Shown here: positions 18,626 to 27,523 of the stretch, piece after piece
Layout: each line of letters starts with the position of its first letter
How positions within the stretch are numbered: the first letter of the stretch is position 1
IMG/VR virus record: IMGVR_UViG_3300012943_000039
Coordinates: 1-54,530 of that record
Reading direction: 5' to 3' (one strand)
Length of the DNA: 54,530 nt
DNA from: a virus
Taxonomy: Duplodnaviria; Caudoviricetes
The notes under the pieces: generated by a model
The model's input: the letters and a program-made list of their open reading frames with translations, nothing else
What the model was told of the DNA's origin: nothing
Databases searched by the model: none
Made by a program: the position numbers and the translations under genes

Positions 18626-18955
18626 ACTTCAACGTTTCTTTCTTTCTCGGGAGTTAACTGTAACAAGTGTAACAACGTAACTAGTTACACTTGACCCGTC
18701 GAAGTGTAACAGCGAGTGTAACTGAACTCCGAGCGTGCCGGCTTGACCGAACTCTGACTAGTTACACTGTTACAGTTGTTACACTTCTCTGAGACTCTGT
18801 GAGATTGAGTAGCTGAATAGCTCCGAGGGAACTCCCTGGCGACAAGCGTAACAGCGTAACTGCTGTAACACGAGCGCGCACACTCGATAACTCGTGACGG
18901 CTCAAGCACTTCTGAGCGCGAGTGACGCCCGCCCGCGTCGAAGCCAAGTGTAACA
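18591..18955. repeat. GTAAC/GTTAC iteron cluster, probable replication origin
   Basis: About 14 GTAAC or GTTAC pentamers in alternating-orientation groups, immediately downstream of the primase/VirE gene. Confidence 0.75.
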
Positions 18956-18994
18956 CCGCACTTTTTGAAGCGGCATTCGCCATGACTCGACGTT

Positions 18995-21121
18995 TCAGAA
19001 GGGGATATCGTCAGGCGGTTCGTCGCCTGGCTGTCTCGTCGACTGTTCGCTGCCGTCGTCAAGTAATCCGTGTATCTTCGACGCGGCTTCTAGCCATCCT
19101 GCTTCGTTGCTGCAGTAACCGCGCGCAAGTCGTTCTTTCGACACGCGCACAGCTGTAGGCTTGAATCCCAGCCGTTGCATGATCTGTGAGATGCGATGTT
19201 GACCTAGCCTGTCTTGACGTTCAGGCAAGATGTTCAGCGCCATCCACAGGCGGTCTGTGACGACGCGTGTCTTGCCGTCGCTGTAGTCGTGAAACTCAGC
19301 CGTATCTTGCAGAGCGCGCACCAGCTGAGATTCCCATGGGTCGATCTCTCGACGCTTCTCTTGCTGCTCACCAGCGGCAGGCCATAGCGCCTCAGGCAGC
19401 CGTATCGCTTCGCCTTTCGCTTCTCTGACGCACGCTTCAGCCCACAGCTGATCGCGATTCTCAAGTATCCAGGCGACGTCGAATTTCTTCACCGCAATCG
19501 GCCAGAATCGACGCGCGCCTGTGCTGTCAATGAGGTAAGACGCCATCGTGTTCGTCGTACCGATGCCGATGAACTGACGCGCCCGCTCGACTGGCAGGTG
19601 TCCATACGCCATGCGAACAGGCCCGTCGACTTGACGTGACAACGTGCCCTTCAGCTGCTCGACTTGCGACTGCCTGAGGCCTGACATCTCGGAGATTTCA
19701 ATGATCCATTTGCCAAGCGTCGACTCGATTAGCTGCTGACTCTTCAGATTCAGCTGAAGGTCGTCGCTGAACCACTCAGGATTAGGACAGAGCGCACGAA
19801 GCGCGGTGCTCTTTTGCAGGCCCTGGCCGCTTTCTAGAACGAGCAGTTCGTCATACTTACAGCCCGGCTCACGGATGCGCCGCACGGCAGCGATCATCAC
19901 GATAGCTGAGACGGCGCGCACGAACGCGCTTGCCTCTGCTCCAGCTGACGTAATCAACCAGTCATCAATACGCGGCGTACCGTCCCAGGTGAGTGTCGCA
20001 AAGTAGTCTTTAACAGGGTGGAACGGGTTATCCCAGGCGACTTTCTTAACGACGCGCTCAAAGAATTGAAACGTGGGTCGGAAGCGGTAATCTTCGTCGA
20101 TGCGCAACCACAGATCGGTTAACTCCCGGTCTTCTAGCGGTCGCGAGCGATTGACGAGCATCTTGTCATTAAACTCGTTGTAGCTGAGATCGATTCCCAT
20201 CATCGTCAGCGCGCGGCGGATGTTCTCTTGATTGTCTTTGAGAATGATGCCGTCAGCATTGCGGATGAAGTCGCTATCGCGGCCGAGCCATTCATTGATG
20301 CGCTTGAGAACCGCCTTGCCTTTCTCGCCCAGCAGCTTCGCGAGCGCAGGACCGCCCTTGACTTTCTTGATGATCGCTTTGTCATGCGTGTTGAGATTCT
20401 TCGCGGTGCTGTCGAGCACGAGGCGCACGTCTGACACTTCGCGATTCTCGCAATACGTCGAGATCGCTTCGCCCATGCTCGTCATCTCGTCGAAGCTGAG
20501 CCCTGCGCGGAGCAGAAAACCCGCCCAGGCAAGTCGCGCTTCGTGTCCGAAGCCGTGCCGGCCGAAGTGTTTCGCCAACAACATGGCGATTGCTGCGAGA
20601 CAGACGCGCTGCTTGAGCGTATTCGCCTGCTCGATATGTGCGGGCTTGCCGTCGCGCACGAACGCGAGCGGTTCTGTCTTGAGATCTTTGCTCCAGACAC
20701 TCGGCGGCGCCATGCTCTGATTGCCGAGCGTTCCATCGATCTTCGCGCCGCGCAGTTCGATGAGACACGTCTTGTCGATGTCTTCGTACCGGTACGACGT
20801 CAGCGCCTCGTTCGTCGTGTAAATACAGTGAGAGACGCGCTTACTTGGGCGACCGTATATGAAGTCAGTCGGCGGCAACATCGTCTGAGCGACGACGGAG
20901 CCCGGCGCCCAGTCAATGTCGACGTCGTGAAGAAACTTCCCTTCAGAGATCTCGTGACCAGTGATGAGACCAACGCGATATCCGTCTTTGTAATCTGCGA
21001 TGGTATAGATCTTTTCTTGCCACTTCTTCAGCTTCGGGCCCTTGTCGTCTCCGATCTGAGGCCAGGTAACTATCCGGTAACCTTCGGCAAGGTAGCGTTC
21101 TACCAACTCACGTGGTGTCAT
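18995..21121 (-). CDS. Primase-polymerase-like domain fused to VirE/VapE-family helicase
   Basis: N-terminal DVDID and ELRG...QSMAPPS; C-terminal FHPVKDY..WDGTPRID, GQGLQKST Walker A, IGTTN..YL.DSTGARRFWP. Confidence 0.9.
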   Translation of the reverse strand: MTPRELVERYLAEGYRIVTWPQIGDDKGPKLKKWQEKIYTIADYKDGYRVGLITGHEISEGKFLHDVDIDWAPGSVVAQTMLPPTDFIYGRPSKRVSHCIYTTNEALTSYRYEDIDKTCLIELRGAKIDGTLGNQSMAPPSVWSKDLKTEPLAFVRDGKPAHIEQANTLKQRVCLAAIAMLLAKHFGRHGFGHEARLAWAGFLLRAGLSFDEMTSMGEAISTYCENREVSDVRLVLDSTAKNLNTHDKAIIKKVKGGPALAKLLGEKGKAVLKRINEWLGRDSDFIRNADGIILKDNQENIRRALTMMGIDLSYNEFNDKMLVNRSRPLEDRELTDLWLRIDEDYRFRPTFQFFERVVKKVAWDNPFHPVKDYFATLTWDGTPRIDDWLITSAGAEASAFVRAVSAIVMIAAVRRIREPGCKYDELLVLESGQGLQKSTALRALCPNPEWFSDDLQLNLKSQQLIESTLGKWIIEISEMSGLRQSQVEQLKGTLSRQVDGPVRMAYGHLPVERARQFIGIGTTNTMASYLIDSTGARRFWPIAVKKFDVAWILENRDQLWAEACVREAKGEAIRLPEALWPAAGEQQEKRREIDPWESQLVRALQDTAEFHDYSDGKTRVVTDRLWMALNILPERQDRLGQHRISQIMQRLGFKPTAVRVSKERLARGYCSNEAGWLEAASKIHGLLDDGSEQSTRQPGDEPPDDIPF

Positions 21122-21309
21122 GCTGGGGTCCGTCGACTGCGCCGATACTCTGCGTGGGCACGCTTCGCGGCCGCCCTCTTGTCTGGGATGCCGTCGAAGC
21201 GCAGGAGGAAAATGTGGAGACGCTTCGCGCGGCGCGGGAAAATCTTGTCGCGCACTGCGAAGCGAGCAAAGATGCCGGTGTCGTCGTCACGCGTAACTTG
21301 ACGTGACAA
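21118..21309 (-). CDS. Small basic hypothetical protein
   Basis: 63 aa, ATGA overlap with the primase gene; start uncertain. Confidence 0.4.
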   Translation of the reverse strand: MSRQVTRDDDTGIFARFAVRDKIFPRRAKRLHIFLLRFDGIPDKRAAAKRAHAEYRRSRRTPA

Positions 21310-21445
21310 CCACTCAAAGAATGTTGGGTTGATGACGTGCCGCCTGTCTGCCTAAGTGTTGGCGTGGCAACTCGTCGCAGCTGGCAGACACGCTGGGGAG
21401 CGAGTTCTTGCGGTGCATCACAGTGACACACCACGCGCGAGCGCG

Positions 21446-21474
21446 ACTCTAGCACGCGGTCAGACGTCGTTCAA
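21446..21474 (-). promoter_or_regulatory. Leftward sigma70-type promoter
   Basis: TTGAAC-17-TAGAGT with extended -10 TG. Confidence 0.6.
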
Positions 21475-21617
21475 GGGCTAAGTGTGCGGTTCTGAACACT
21501 GAGCGACTAGTCCAAGTCGAGTGCTCTTGTCAAGCATTATTTTGGGGACGCTTGTAGCGTCTTTGCTGCGCTGTAAGCGCGTGATTCTCGTTCATTGAAC
21601 GAGAACGCATGTCGCTG

Positions 21618-21642
21618 TAAGTCGTTGATTCTGAACGACTTA
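21618..21642. promoter_or_regulatory. 25-bp palindrome TAAGTCGTT-GATTCTG-AACGACTTA
   Basis: Perfect 9-bp arms; related copy at 40190-40214. Confidence 0.65.
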
Positions 21643-21661
21643 AAGACGCTAAAAGTTCCCC

Positions 21662-21690
21662 TTGTATTCTGTTTTGCGCCACCATAAGAT
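21662..21690 (+). promoter_or_regulatory. Rightward early sigma70-type promoter
   Basis: TTGTAT-17-TAAGAT upstream of the first plus-strand gene. Confidence 0.65.
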
Positions 21691-21735
21691 TTGACATGTC
21701 GCTGAGCAACGAGACTCACGACAAGGAGACGTCAC

Positions 21736-22143
21736 ATGTTGAGCTTCATTTACGACGGTAGCAAGTTGACAGCAGTCACGAGCGATTACGCGCCTCACGG
21801 CATCAATCGTAACGACTTCGCGAACATCGACGACGCTCAGCGCATTGCGAACGACGCAACGACGCTGACAGGTGTCGTCTACATCCCGACTGACGCAGGC
21901 GCGCACGTGTCGCCGCGGTACGACGTCATCGAAGCGCCGCGCGTTGGCGAAGAAGTCAGCAGAGCGTTCAACGGCGATTACTACCCCGCCGGCAAGATCG
22001 TGAAAGTCTCAGCGTCGATGCGTCGTGTCGAGACCGTTCAAGGAATCGTGTTCTACCGTCGCGGCAACTCTGCTCAGTGGCTCAACAACGGAACCTGGAC
22101 GATGGTCTCCGGCGTTGTCGACAAGCGCAACCATTCGTTCTGA
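21736..22143 (+). CDS. Early hypothetical protein
   Basis: 135 aa with AAGGAG RBS. Confidence 0.75.
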   Translation: MLSFIYDGSKLTAVTSDYAPHGINRNDFANIDDAQRIANDATTLTGVVYIPTDAGAHVSPRYDVIEAPRVGEEVSRAFNGDYYPAGKIVKVSASMRRVETVQGIVFYRRGNSAQWLNNGTWTMVSGVVDKRNHSF

Positions 22144-22153
22144 GGACACTTCA

Positions 22154-22369
22154 ATGACATTCAACACACGTCGTTACGAAGCGTCCCACGACAAATCCCC
22201 GCGCGGCTTCGGCGCGTGGGGATTCTGCGACGAGCAGCATTACGACAAGCCCGACTACCTCGACCACGTCATGTGGTCGACCGGCACGTTCGCTGACGCG
22301 AAACGCGCAGCGCGTGAGCACTTCAAGAACGTTCCGAACTTCTCCGGCGTCGTGGTGGTGTGCTCATGA
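22154..22369 (+). CDS. Early hypothetical protein
   Basis: GAGGA RBS; MTFNTRRYEASHDKSPRGFGAWGF. Confidence 0.65.
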   Translation: MTFNTRRYEASHDKSPRGFGAWGFCDEQHYDKPDYLDHVMWSTGTFADAKRAAREHFKNVPNFSGVVVVCS

Positions 22370-22620
22370 ACGCGTTCAAGAAGCTCACTGCAAAGCAGCA
22401 CGTCGCCGCACTGCGCAGCACAGCAGATCGCTACATGCGCGGCATGATGGCGTTCAGCACCTTCAATCGGCACATGCGCTATCTGTGGGCACGTGTCGAG
22501 CAGTCTCCAGCGATGAAGCGGCGCGTTTGCGCGCTGCTTCGTCAGACACAGTTCGTCGAGTCGTCAACGACCGCTCCTGCCGTTGAGAAGCGTCTCATCT
22601 TGATTGGAGGCGCGCGTTGA
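22366..22620 (+). CDS. Early hypothetical protein
   Basis: ATGA overlap; 84 aa. Confidence 0.55.
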   Translation: MNAFKKLTAKQHVAALRSTADRYMRGMMAFSTFNRHMRYLWARVEQSPAMKRRVCALLRQTQFVESSTTAPAVEKRLILIGGAR

Positions 22621-23768
22621 TTCCCAACCTTCATCCTGACGACTTGCTCTTCTTCAACGAAGTCGTTGCCGCTATGCGCGCTGTCGCGAAGAGGTATCAG
22701 CTTCCGTTGCGCAACATCACTGCGGCGCACATGCCAGAAAAAGGCATGAACGACTTCCTAGGTCGCTGCTTCGTCTCAGGCGACATAGAGCTTGTCATGC
22801 GCGCGACTGTCGACGGTCAATTCTGCGAAGCGCCACGGTCCCCAGAACGCGTCTGGCAGACAGCTGCTCATGAGCTTGCGCATCTCAAGCACATGAACCA
22901 CGGTCCCGCGTTTCATGAGTTCTTCGCGGAACTGACAGTTGCGCTCGACAACCACCGCAAGCCCGACCACAAAGCACGCATCATCGACAAACTCGTCAAG
23001 CTGCAGAAAGCGCGTCAAGGCGAGGCAGATCTCGGCAACACAGAAGCGGCGGAAGCGTTCGCAGCTGCAATCAATCGCATGTTGATTGAGAACGAACTCA
23101 AGCCCAGCGATCTCGACTACGCGCGAGGCGCTGACGACGATCCGATTATCGAGATGCCGGTTGACTTGTCGAAGTATGCTATCGACACGAAGAAGTGCCG
23201 TGTTGCGTGGCAAGAGTCGCTGGCGCGCATCGTCGCAAAAGCGCACCTGTGCTCGTTCTTGCTGCGTCCTGGCAGTAACAAGATCTGGTTCGTCGGCACG
23301 CGCAGTCATGCGCTCGTCGCTGAATACGTCTATGGGACGATTGTCCCAGCTGCGAACAAGATGAGCATCAAGGAGAAGTACCGGTACGGTGCCGAGTGTT
23401 TCAAGCGCGACGGTCATTGGAAGGGCGTCAACGGATTTCGCGAAGCGTGGCTTGACTCGTTTACGCGTCGTATCGCAGAGCGTTTCGACGAAGCACGCGC
23501 CGCCGCTGTCAAGCTCGTCGATGAGACGTTGCCTGTCGGCAGCGAGTCGACAGCGATGATTCGACTCGACGGCGCGCTGACGCGCGTAACTGCCTACATC
23601 GATGAGAAGTTCAGGCATCGTCGCGGATCAGCGTCACCACTGCGCAACGGTCGTAGCACGAACAGCGCAGGTCACGAGCGCGGACGCGCTGCCGCAAACG
23701 CGATGACGTTGGGACGTCGAGCGATGACAGCTGCCGCGTCACGCGGCGCACTGGGGCCCAAGTCGTGA
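22617..23768 (+). CDS. HExxH metallopeptidase-like domain fused to a DUF2786-like domain
   Basis: AHELAHLKHMNHGPAF, then IIDKLVKL...EAEAFAAAINRMLIEN and C-terminal GHERGRAAA. Confidence 0.7.
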   Translation: MIPNLHPDDLLFFNEVVAAMRAVAKRYQLPLRNITAAHMPEKGMNDFLGRCFVSGDIELVMRATVDGQFCEAPRSPERVWQTAAHELAHLKHMNHGPAFHEFFAELTVALDNHRKPDHKARIIDKLVKLQKARQGEADLGNTEAAEAFAAAINRMLIENELKPSDLDYARGADDDPIIEMPVDLSKYAIDTKKCRVAWQESLARIVAKAHLCSFLLRPGSNKIWFVGTRSHALVAEYVYGTIVPAANKMSIKEKYRYGAECFKRDGHWKGVNGFREAWLDSFTRRIAERFDEARAAAVKLVDETLPVGSESTAMIRLDGALTRVTAYIDEKFRHRRGSASPLRNGRSTNSAGHERGRAAANAMTLGRRAMTAAASRGALGPKS

Positions 23769-23857
23769 AACCTCATCCGCTTCTCATCGTCGTCTCTTGG
23801 ATCTGCGCGGCGTCGTTCGCTTGCGTCGTGTTTCATTTCATTCAGAAATACTGGTAA
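23765..23857 (+). CDS. Small membrane peptide (30 aa)
   Basis: GTGA overlap; hydrophobic LLIVVSWICAASFACVVFHF. Confidence 0.4.
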   Translation: MKPHPLLIVVSWICAASFACVVFHFIQKYW

Positions 23858-23862
23858 AAGAC

Positions 23863-24060
23863 ATGATCTCAAGAGACTTCGTGCGTCGTCGTATCATGGA
23901 ACAGCGTGCCGATCTGCCGGTCGAAGTCGTTGACCGTCTCATCGACGACGCTGTTCGTCTACTCTCAAACCTGATTCACTACAACAACGGACGTTCTCAT
24001 GTCGATGATGACGTGGCGACAGCTGCGCTCATGATTGGTCAGAACATTAACGGAGATTGA
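23863..24060 (+). CDS. Hypothetical protein
   Basis: MISRDFVRRRIMEQ..., 65 aa. Confidence 0.5.
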   Translation: MISRDFVRRRIMEQRADLPVEVVDRLIDDAVRLLSNLIHYNNGRSHVDDDVATAALMIGQNINGD

Positions 24061-24171
24061 ACATCATGACGAAGCGTAAAGAGCCCGCCATCGGTCGAAC
24101 TGCTCCCGTCGCGAAGATGCTGAACAGCGGCAAAGCGAGAAAGAACGCGGAGAAACGCGCGAAGAAAGTTG

Positions 24172-24201
24172 TTGACACGCCCGCAACTGCTGACGTATCG
24201 T
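24172..24201 (+). promoter_or_regulatory. Sigma70-type promoter
   Basis: TTGACA-18-TATCGT with an A-rich upstream segment. Confidence 0.5.
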
Positions 24202-24287
24202 CAGCAGCGTCGATGGAAACATCAGTGACGCTTGACAGTTCGTCGAGCGTCGAGACTTCAACCCAGACAGCAAAGGACACAACGACA

Positions 24288-24599
24288 ATGGTCATCTCCC
24301 TCACGCGCGACAACAAGGCCCGCAAGTCGAACGCAGTCACCTACACGGCGGCCGGCTACAACGGCTCCGTCCGGTTCAGCAAGTCGTTTTTCGCTGACAA
24401 GACGGGCCCGGAGTCGCTCACGCTCGACAGCGAGACGTTCGCCGCGGCGCGTCAGCCGCGCGCCAAGATGACGCCCGAAGAGCGCAAGGCAGCGCGCGCC
24501 GCGGCGCCGAAGCTCACGCCCGCGGAGAAGCTCGCGAAGATCGAAGAGCGCGCCGCGAAGCTGCGCGCGAAGATCGCTGCGTCCGCTCCCGCGTCGTAG
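24288..24599 (+). CDS. Basic Ala/Lys-rich protein (103 aa; frame is open from 24057)
   Basis: AAGGA RBS; codon usage becomes strongly C/G-ending from MVISL; KMTPEERK/KLTPAEK repeat. Confidence 0.7.
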   Translation: MVISLTRDNKARKSNAVTYTAAGYNGSVRFSKSFFADKTGPESLTLDSETFAAARQPRAKMTPEERKAARAAAPKLTPAEKLAKIEERAAKLRAKIAASAPAS

Positions 24600-24619
24600 C
24601 ACTTCACGTCAGCACATTG

Positions 24620-24662
24620 CAACGAGCACGCGTCATCGTGGCGCGTGCTCGTTGTCGTCTCT
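24620..24662 (+). terminator. Hairpin terminator candidate
   Basis: 13-bp inverted repeat CAACGAGCACGCG/CGCGTGCTCGTTG followed by TCGTCTCT. Confidence 0.5.
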
Positions 24663-24677
24663 ACCGGAGTAACGCTC

Positions 24678-25124
24678 ATGCCTTGCTCAATCTCAATCAT
24701 CGGCGCAGTCGTCACAGTTCTTGGATGCTCTGCGCCACCATCTCCCAACGAAGCTGCAGCGATACTCGCGCGCTCGTTGCCACCGCCTATGGTGAGCGTC
24801 AGACAGGCGCCACCGCCGCCCCGAGTCGTCACACGAACAGTCGTCGTTGAACGGAGAACGTATGCGCCCGTACCGTCGACAGTCGTCATCGTTCAGCCAG
24901 CGTCAACAGGATTTATCGACTATTACAACGCGACACGAAGGGCGACCCGACCGTCTGTATATCGAGCGCCGTATCCTACGCGGGGAGTATCCGCGCGAGA
25001 TAGCGCGCGACCTGTGGTACTGGCTGCGCCGAACACTGAAGGACCTACGGTACCAGTGCGACGAGGAACGAGCAGCGCAGCTGTCACGGCAGCTGGCATA
25101 TCTCTGCAGCAATTACGACACTGA
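24678..25124 (+). CDS. Pro-rich putative exported protein or lipoprotein
   Basis: GGAG RBS; hydrophobic N-terminus ending VLGC. Confidence 0.45.
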   Translation: MPCSISIIGAVVTVLGCSAPPSPNEAAAILARSLPPPMVSVRQAPPPPRVVTRTVVVERRTYAPVPSTVVIVQPASTGFIDYYNATRRATRPSVYRAPYPTRGVSARDSARPVVLAAPNTEGPTVPVRRGTSSAAVTAAGISLQQLRH

Positions 25125-25273
25125 CACGCGCAACGACGCTGCTCAGGGTTTGCATGTCTCGTAAGCGTCCGCGTCGTCGTTGGTTGACGCTCGTCGCGTT
25201 AGCGTGCGAGATCGGCGCACTCGCTTACATGTCGGTTGTGTTCTACTTCATCACTCAATAGGGAGTCCCAGCT

Positions 25274-25456
25274 ATGAAGCTCAAGTTCAACGTCACGTTC
25301 AAGAACGGTCTGAAGACAGTCGCGACAGTCGAAGGCGTCAAGGAAGTCGACACGAAGGACGTCACTGTCAACGATCTCGGTGAAGCGGTGCACCAGGTCG
25401 AGCAGCACCTGGAGAAGCTCACCGGTCTGCGCGTCCACGTCGAGCAGGTCAGCTAG
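25274..25456 (+). CDS. Hypothetical protein
   Basis: GGGAG RBS, biased codon usage, 60 aa. Confidence 0.7.
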   Translation: MKLKFNVTFKNGLKTVATVEGVKEVDTKDVTVNDLGEAVHQVEQHLEKLTGLRVHVEQVS

Positions 25457-25496
25457 TCGTCGGCACTTCGCTTCGTTCCCAGCGACGGAGGGTCCG

Positions 25497-25748
25497 ATGA
25501 TTCAAATGACAACAGCGCAGCTTGACGACGCATTCAGCCATATGGGCTATGACGTTCAGGCGCGCTCACGCATGATCGAAACGCTGCAGCGGTGGCAAGC
25601 GGTCTACGACATTCCCAACAAGCCGCAGACGTCGAGCGTCCCGCCTGGTTGGACGAACGGCACACAGTCGAAGTGGGAGTTCGGCACCGGCGCCGTTCAT
25701 CGTGGTAGCGTGCCGAAAGAGACACGCGGGCGAGGTAAGCGCCGATGA
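25497..25748 (+). CDS. Hypothetical protein
   Basis: GGAGG RBS, 83 aa. Confidence 0.55.
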   Translation: MIQMTTAQLDDAFSHMGYDVQARSRMIETLQRWQAVYDIPNKPQTSSVPPGWTNGTQSKWEFGTGAVHRGSVPKETRGRGKRR

Positions 25749-26440
25749 CACGCGAACTCTACGAAGCGTGTTGCGCGCTGCTCGACGCGCCTCATCCTGA
25801 TCACTTTGCCACCCGCCTGGGTGACGCAGAGAACGACGCGCTGAATCGAATCAAGGTCGCTGTCGCGGCGATCAAGCTGTCGAAGCTCGATACGAAGTGC
25901 GACGGCAATCATGGCGGTCCGCCATGCGGTGACCGCGAATGCTGGGCGAGAGAAGCGCCAAGCGTTGAAACGGTCAGCTATCCTGCAGCTGCGCTGCTAA
26001 GACAGGTCGCCAACGATCTCACGATTCAAGAGATCATCGCAGCGAACATGAGTCGCGTCGAGCGTTGGCACTCGCTCGCAGACTGGTCGCCGCTTGAATG
26101 GTCAGGCGCCATGGGCGGCGAAGTCGGAGAACTCAGTAGCGAAGTGCTGGCGTATATCGCGCTGCGCATCGGCAAAGCAGCTGGCGAAGCGGCGAACTAC
26201 TCCAAGAAGTTCAAGCGCATCGAAACTGAGATCGCGAACAACGACAAGCGCATGTTCGGACTCGACGTGCCGAAAGAACAGCTTCTTGAGACGTACCGCG
26301 AAGGTATCGGCATGGAGACAGCTGACGTCTTTATCTACGGCGTCCTGCTCTGCGCTCGTGTCAACGTCGACCTCGTGAAGTGCATCCGCAAAGCGTTCAA
26401 TCTGAAGTCAATCGAATACGGCTTCCCGGAGCGTCTGTGA
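25745..26440 (+). CDS. MazG-like nucleotide pyrophosphohydrolase
   Basis: WSPLEWSGAMGGEVGE...GEAAN..KK...ETADVFIY..LL...VDL...IRKAFN.KS. Confidence 0.75.
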   Translation: MTRELYEACCALLDAPHPDHFATRLGDAENDALNRIKVAVAAIKLSKLDTKCDGNHGGPPCGDRECWAREAPSVETVSYPAAALLRQVANDLTIQEIIAANMSRVERWHSLADWSPLEWSGAMGGEVGELSSEVLAYIALRIGKAAGEAANYSKKFKRIETEIANNDKRMFGLDVPKEQLLETYREGIGMETADVFIYGVLLCARVNVDLVKCIRKAFNLKSIEYGFPERL

Positions 26441-26727
26441 TGTCAGTCGATAGAAACAACGCAACGTCCGTCGCTTACGGATACCTTCGCGCTGCTGAGA
26501 AGCTGAAAGAAGAACAGCGGCGCGAAGCTGACGCACATCAAGCACAACAGAACGCGCGCCGAGAAATGGAAGATCTCGGCGCGCTGCTCGTCAGGTTGTC
26601 GCCAGGAAGCCAGCGAACGCTCTTCACTTTTGACGAACGTGCTGTTGAAGTAGCTGCCGGCAGTATCGAAATCGTCAACGTCCGTAACGGCGCGAATATG
26701 TTGCCGAAAGCGCAGCGTGCGGAATGA
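26440..26727 (+). CDS. Hypothetical protein
   Basis: TGATG coupling; 95 aa. Confidence 0.55.
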   Translation: MSVDRNNATSVAYGYLRAAEKLKEEQRREADAHQAQQNARREMEDLGALLVRLSPGSQRTLFTFDERAVEVAAGSIEIVNVRNGANMLPKAQRAE

Positions 26728-27026
26728 ACGTCAACAAGATTCGACTGACGCATTACGTTCAGCAGCGCGGCGACGGTCAATACGGCGCGATCAAGACGGA
26801 AGTCAACGGCGTCGAGATGGTGCAGGTCCGTGAGGTTAGTCTCCGCTGCCATGTCGACGATCTGCCAGTGCTCAAGCTGACGCAGTTAGTTGACGCGCCG
26901 CTCGACGTCGAGCTTCACGGCATGGTCGATCCGATCTGTCTCATGACGGATAACGGCTTCGATCTGCTCGTGGACCATCCAACGCCGCACTCGACACGCT
27001 ACAGAGCAGTGAAAAGGGAAACGTAA
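26724..27026 (+). CDS. Hypothetical protein
   Basis: ATGA coupling; 100 aa. Confidence 0.6.
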   Translation: MNVNKIRLTHYVQQRGDGQYGAIKTEVNGVEMVQVREVSLRCHVDDLPVLKLTQLVDAPLDVELHGMVDPICLMTDNGFDLLVDHPTPHSTRYRAVKRET

Positions 27027-27038
27027 CTAGGAGGCCTC

Positions 27039-27224
27039 ATGTCCGCATCAAAGCTGCGTCAGAAGCTCGGTGAAGAACTCGACGACGTTGACCGGGCGCT
27101 ATTGCACCTGGCTGCCAAGTCACTGCGCGACGTCCACGATGAGAACGCGTCGAAGGACACGCGTAACGTGCTAGGCACGCTCGCTGACGAGATCGACGAG
27201 ATCGCCATCGTCAAAGGTGAATAA
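27039..27224 (+). CDS. Hypothetical protein
   Basis: GGAGG RBS; 61 aa. Confidence 0.6.
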   Translation: MSASKLRQKLGEELDDVDRALLHLAAKSLRDVHDENASKDTRNVLGTLADEIDEIAIVKGE

Positions 27225-27226
27225 GC

Positions 27227-27523
27227 GTGTTTCACTGCGCCGTCTGCGCGAAGAGCGTAGACAACTGCTCGTGTCCTGACATCGACGAGAAGCTAAAAGC
27301 CGCTTCAAACAGTCGACACGTCGCGGTTAAATGGTGCCGCTTTTGCGACAAGCATTACGCGCGTTGCAAGTGCGCTGAACCAGATTTCTACGTGCGTTCA
27401 GGCGGCGAAGAATTGCCCATGCCGCCTGGCGGGTTCAAGATGCTCGACGGCAGCACGTTCGTTGTAGAGACGAAACATCACAAGGACCCTGATGCTCCCC
27501 GCTCCCGTGATCGAACACATTGA
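27227..27523 (+). CDS. Cys-rich (double Zn-finger) protein
   Basis: CAVC...CSC...CRFC..H..CKC. Confidence 0.6.
   Translation: MFHCAVCAKSVDNCSCPDIDEKLKAASNSRHVAVKWCRFCDKHYARCKCAEPDFYVRSGGEELPMPPGGFKMLDGSTFVVETKHHKDPDAPRSRDRTH

Noticed and set aside
18591-18955. CRISPR array, or coding ORFs 18685-19062 and 18762-18983
   Set aside because: Repeats are 5-7 bp with irregular spacing; the ORFs are just translations of the repeats (CN/VT/CY-rich).
21310-21735. Lysogeny switch, tRNA or attP in the divergent intergenic region
   Set aside because: No cloverleaf, no CI-like repressor flanking the promoters and no integrase anywhere in the genome.
24057-24287. N-terminal extension of the basic protein
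   Set aside because: It contains a promoter, a hairpin and the repeated leader motif, and codon bias starts at 24288; a longer isoform is not fully excluded.
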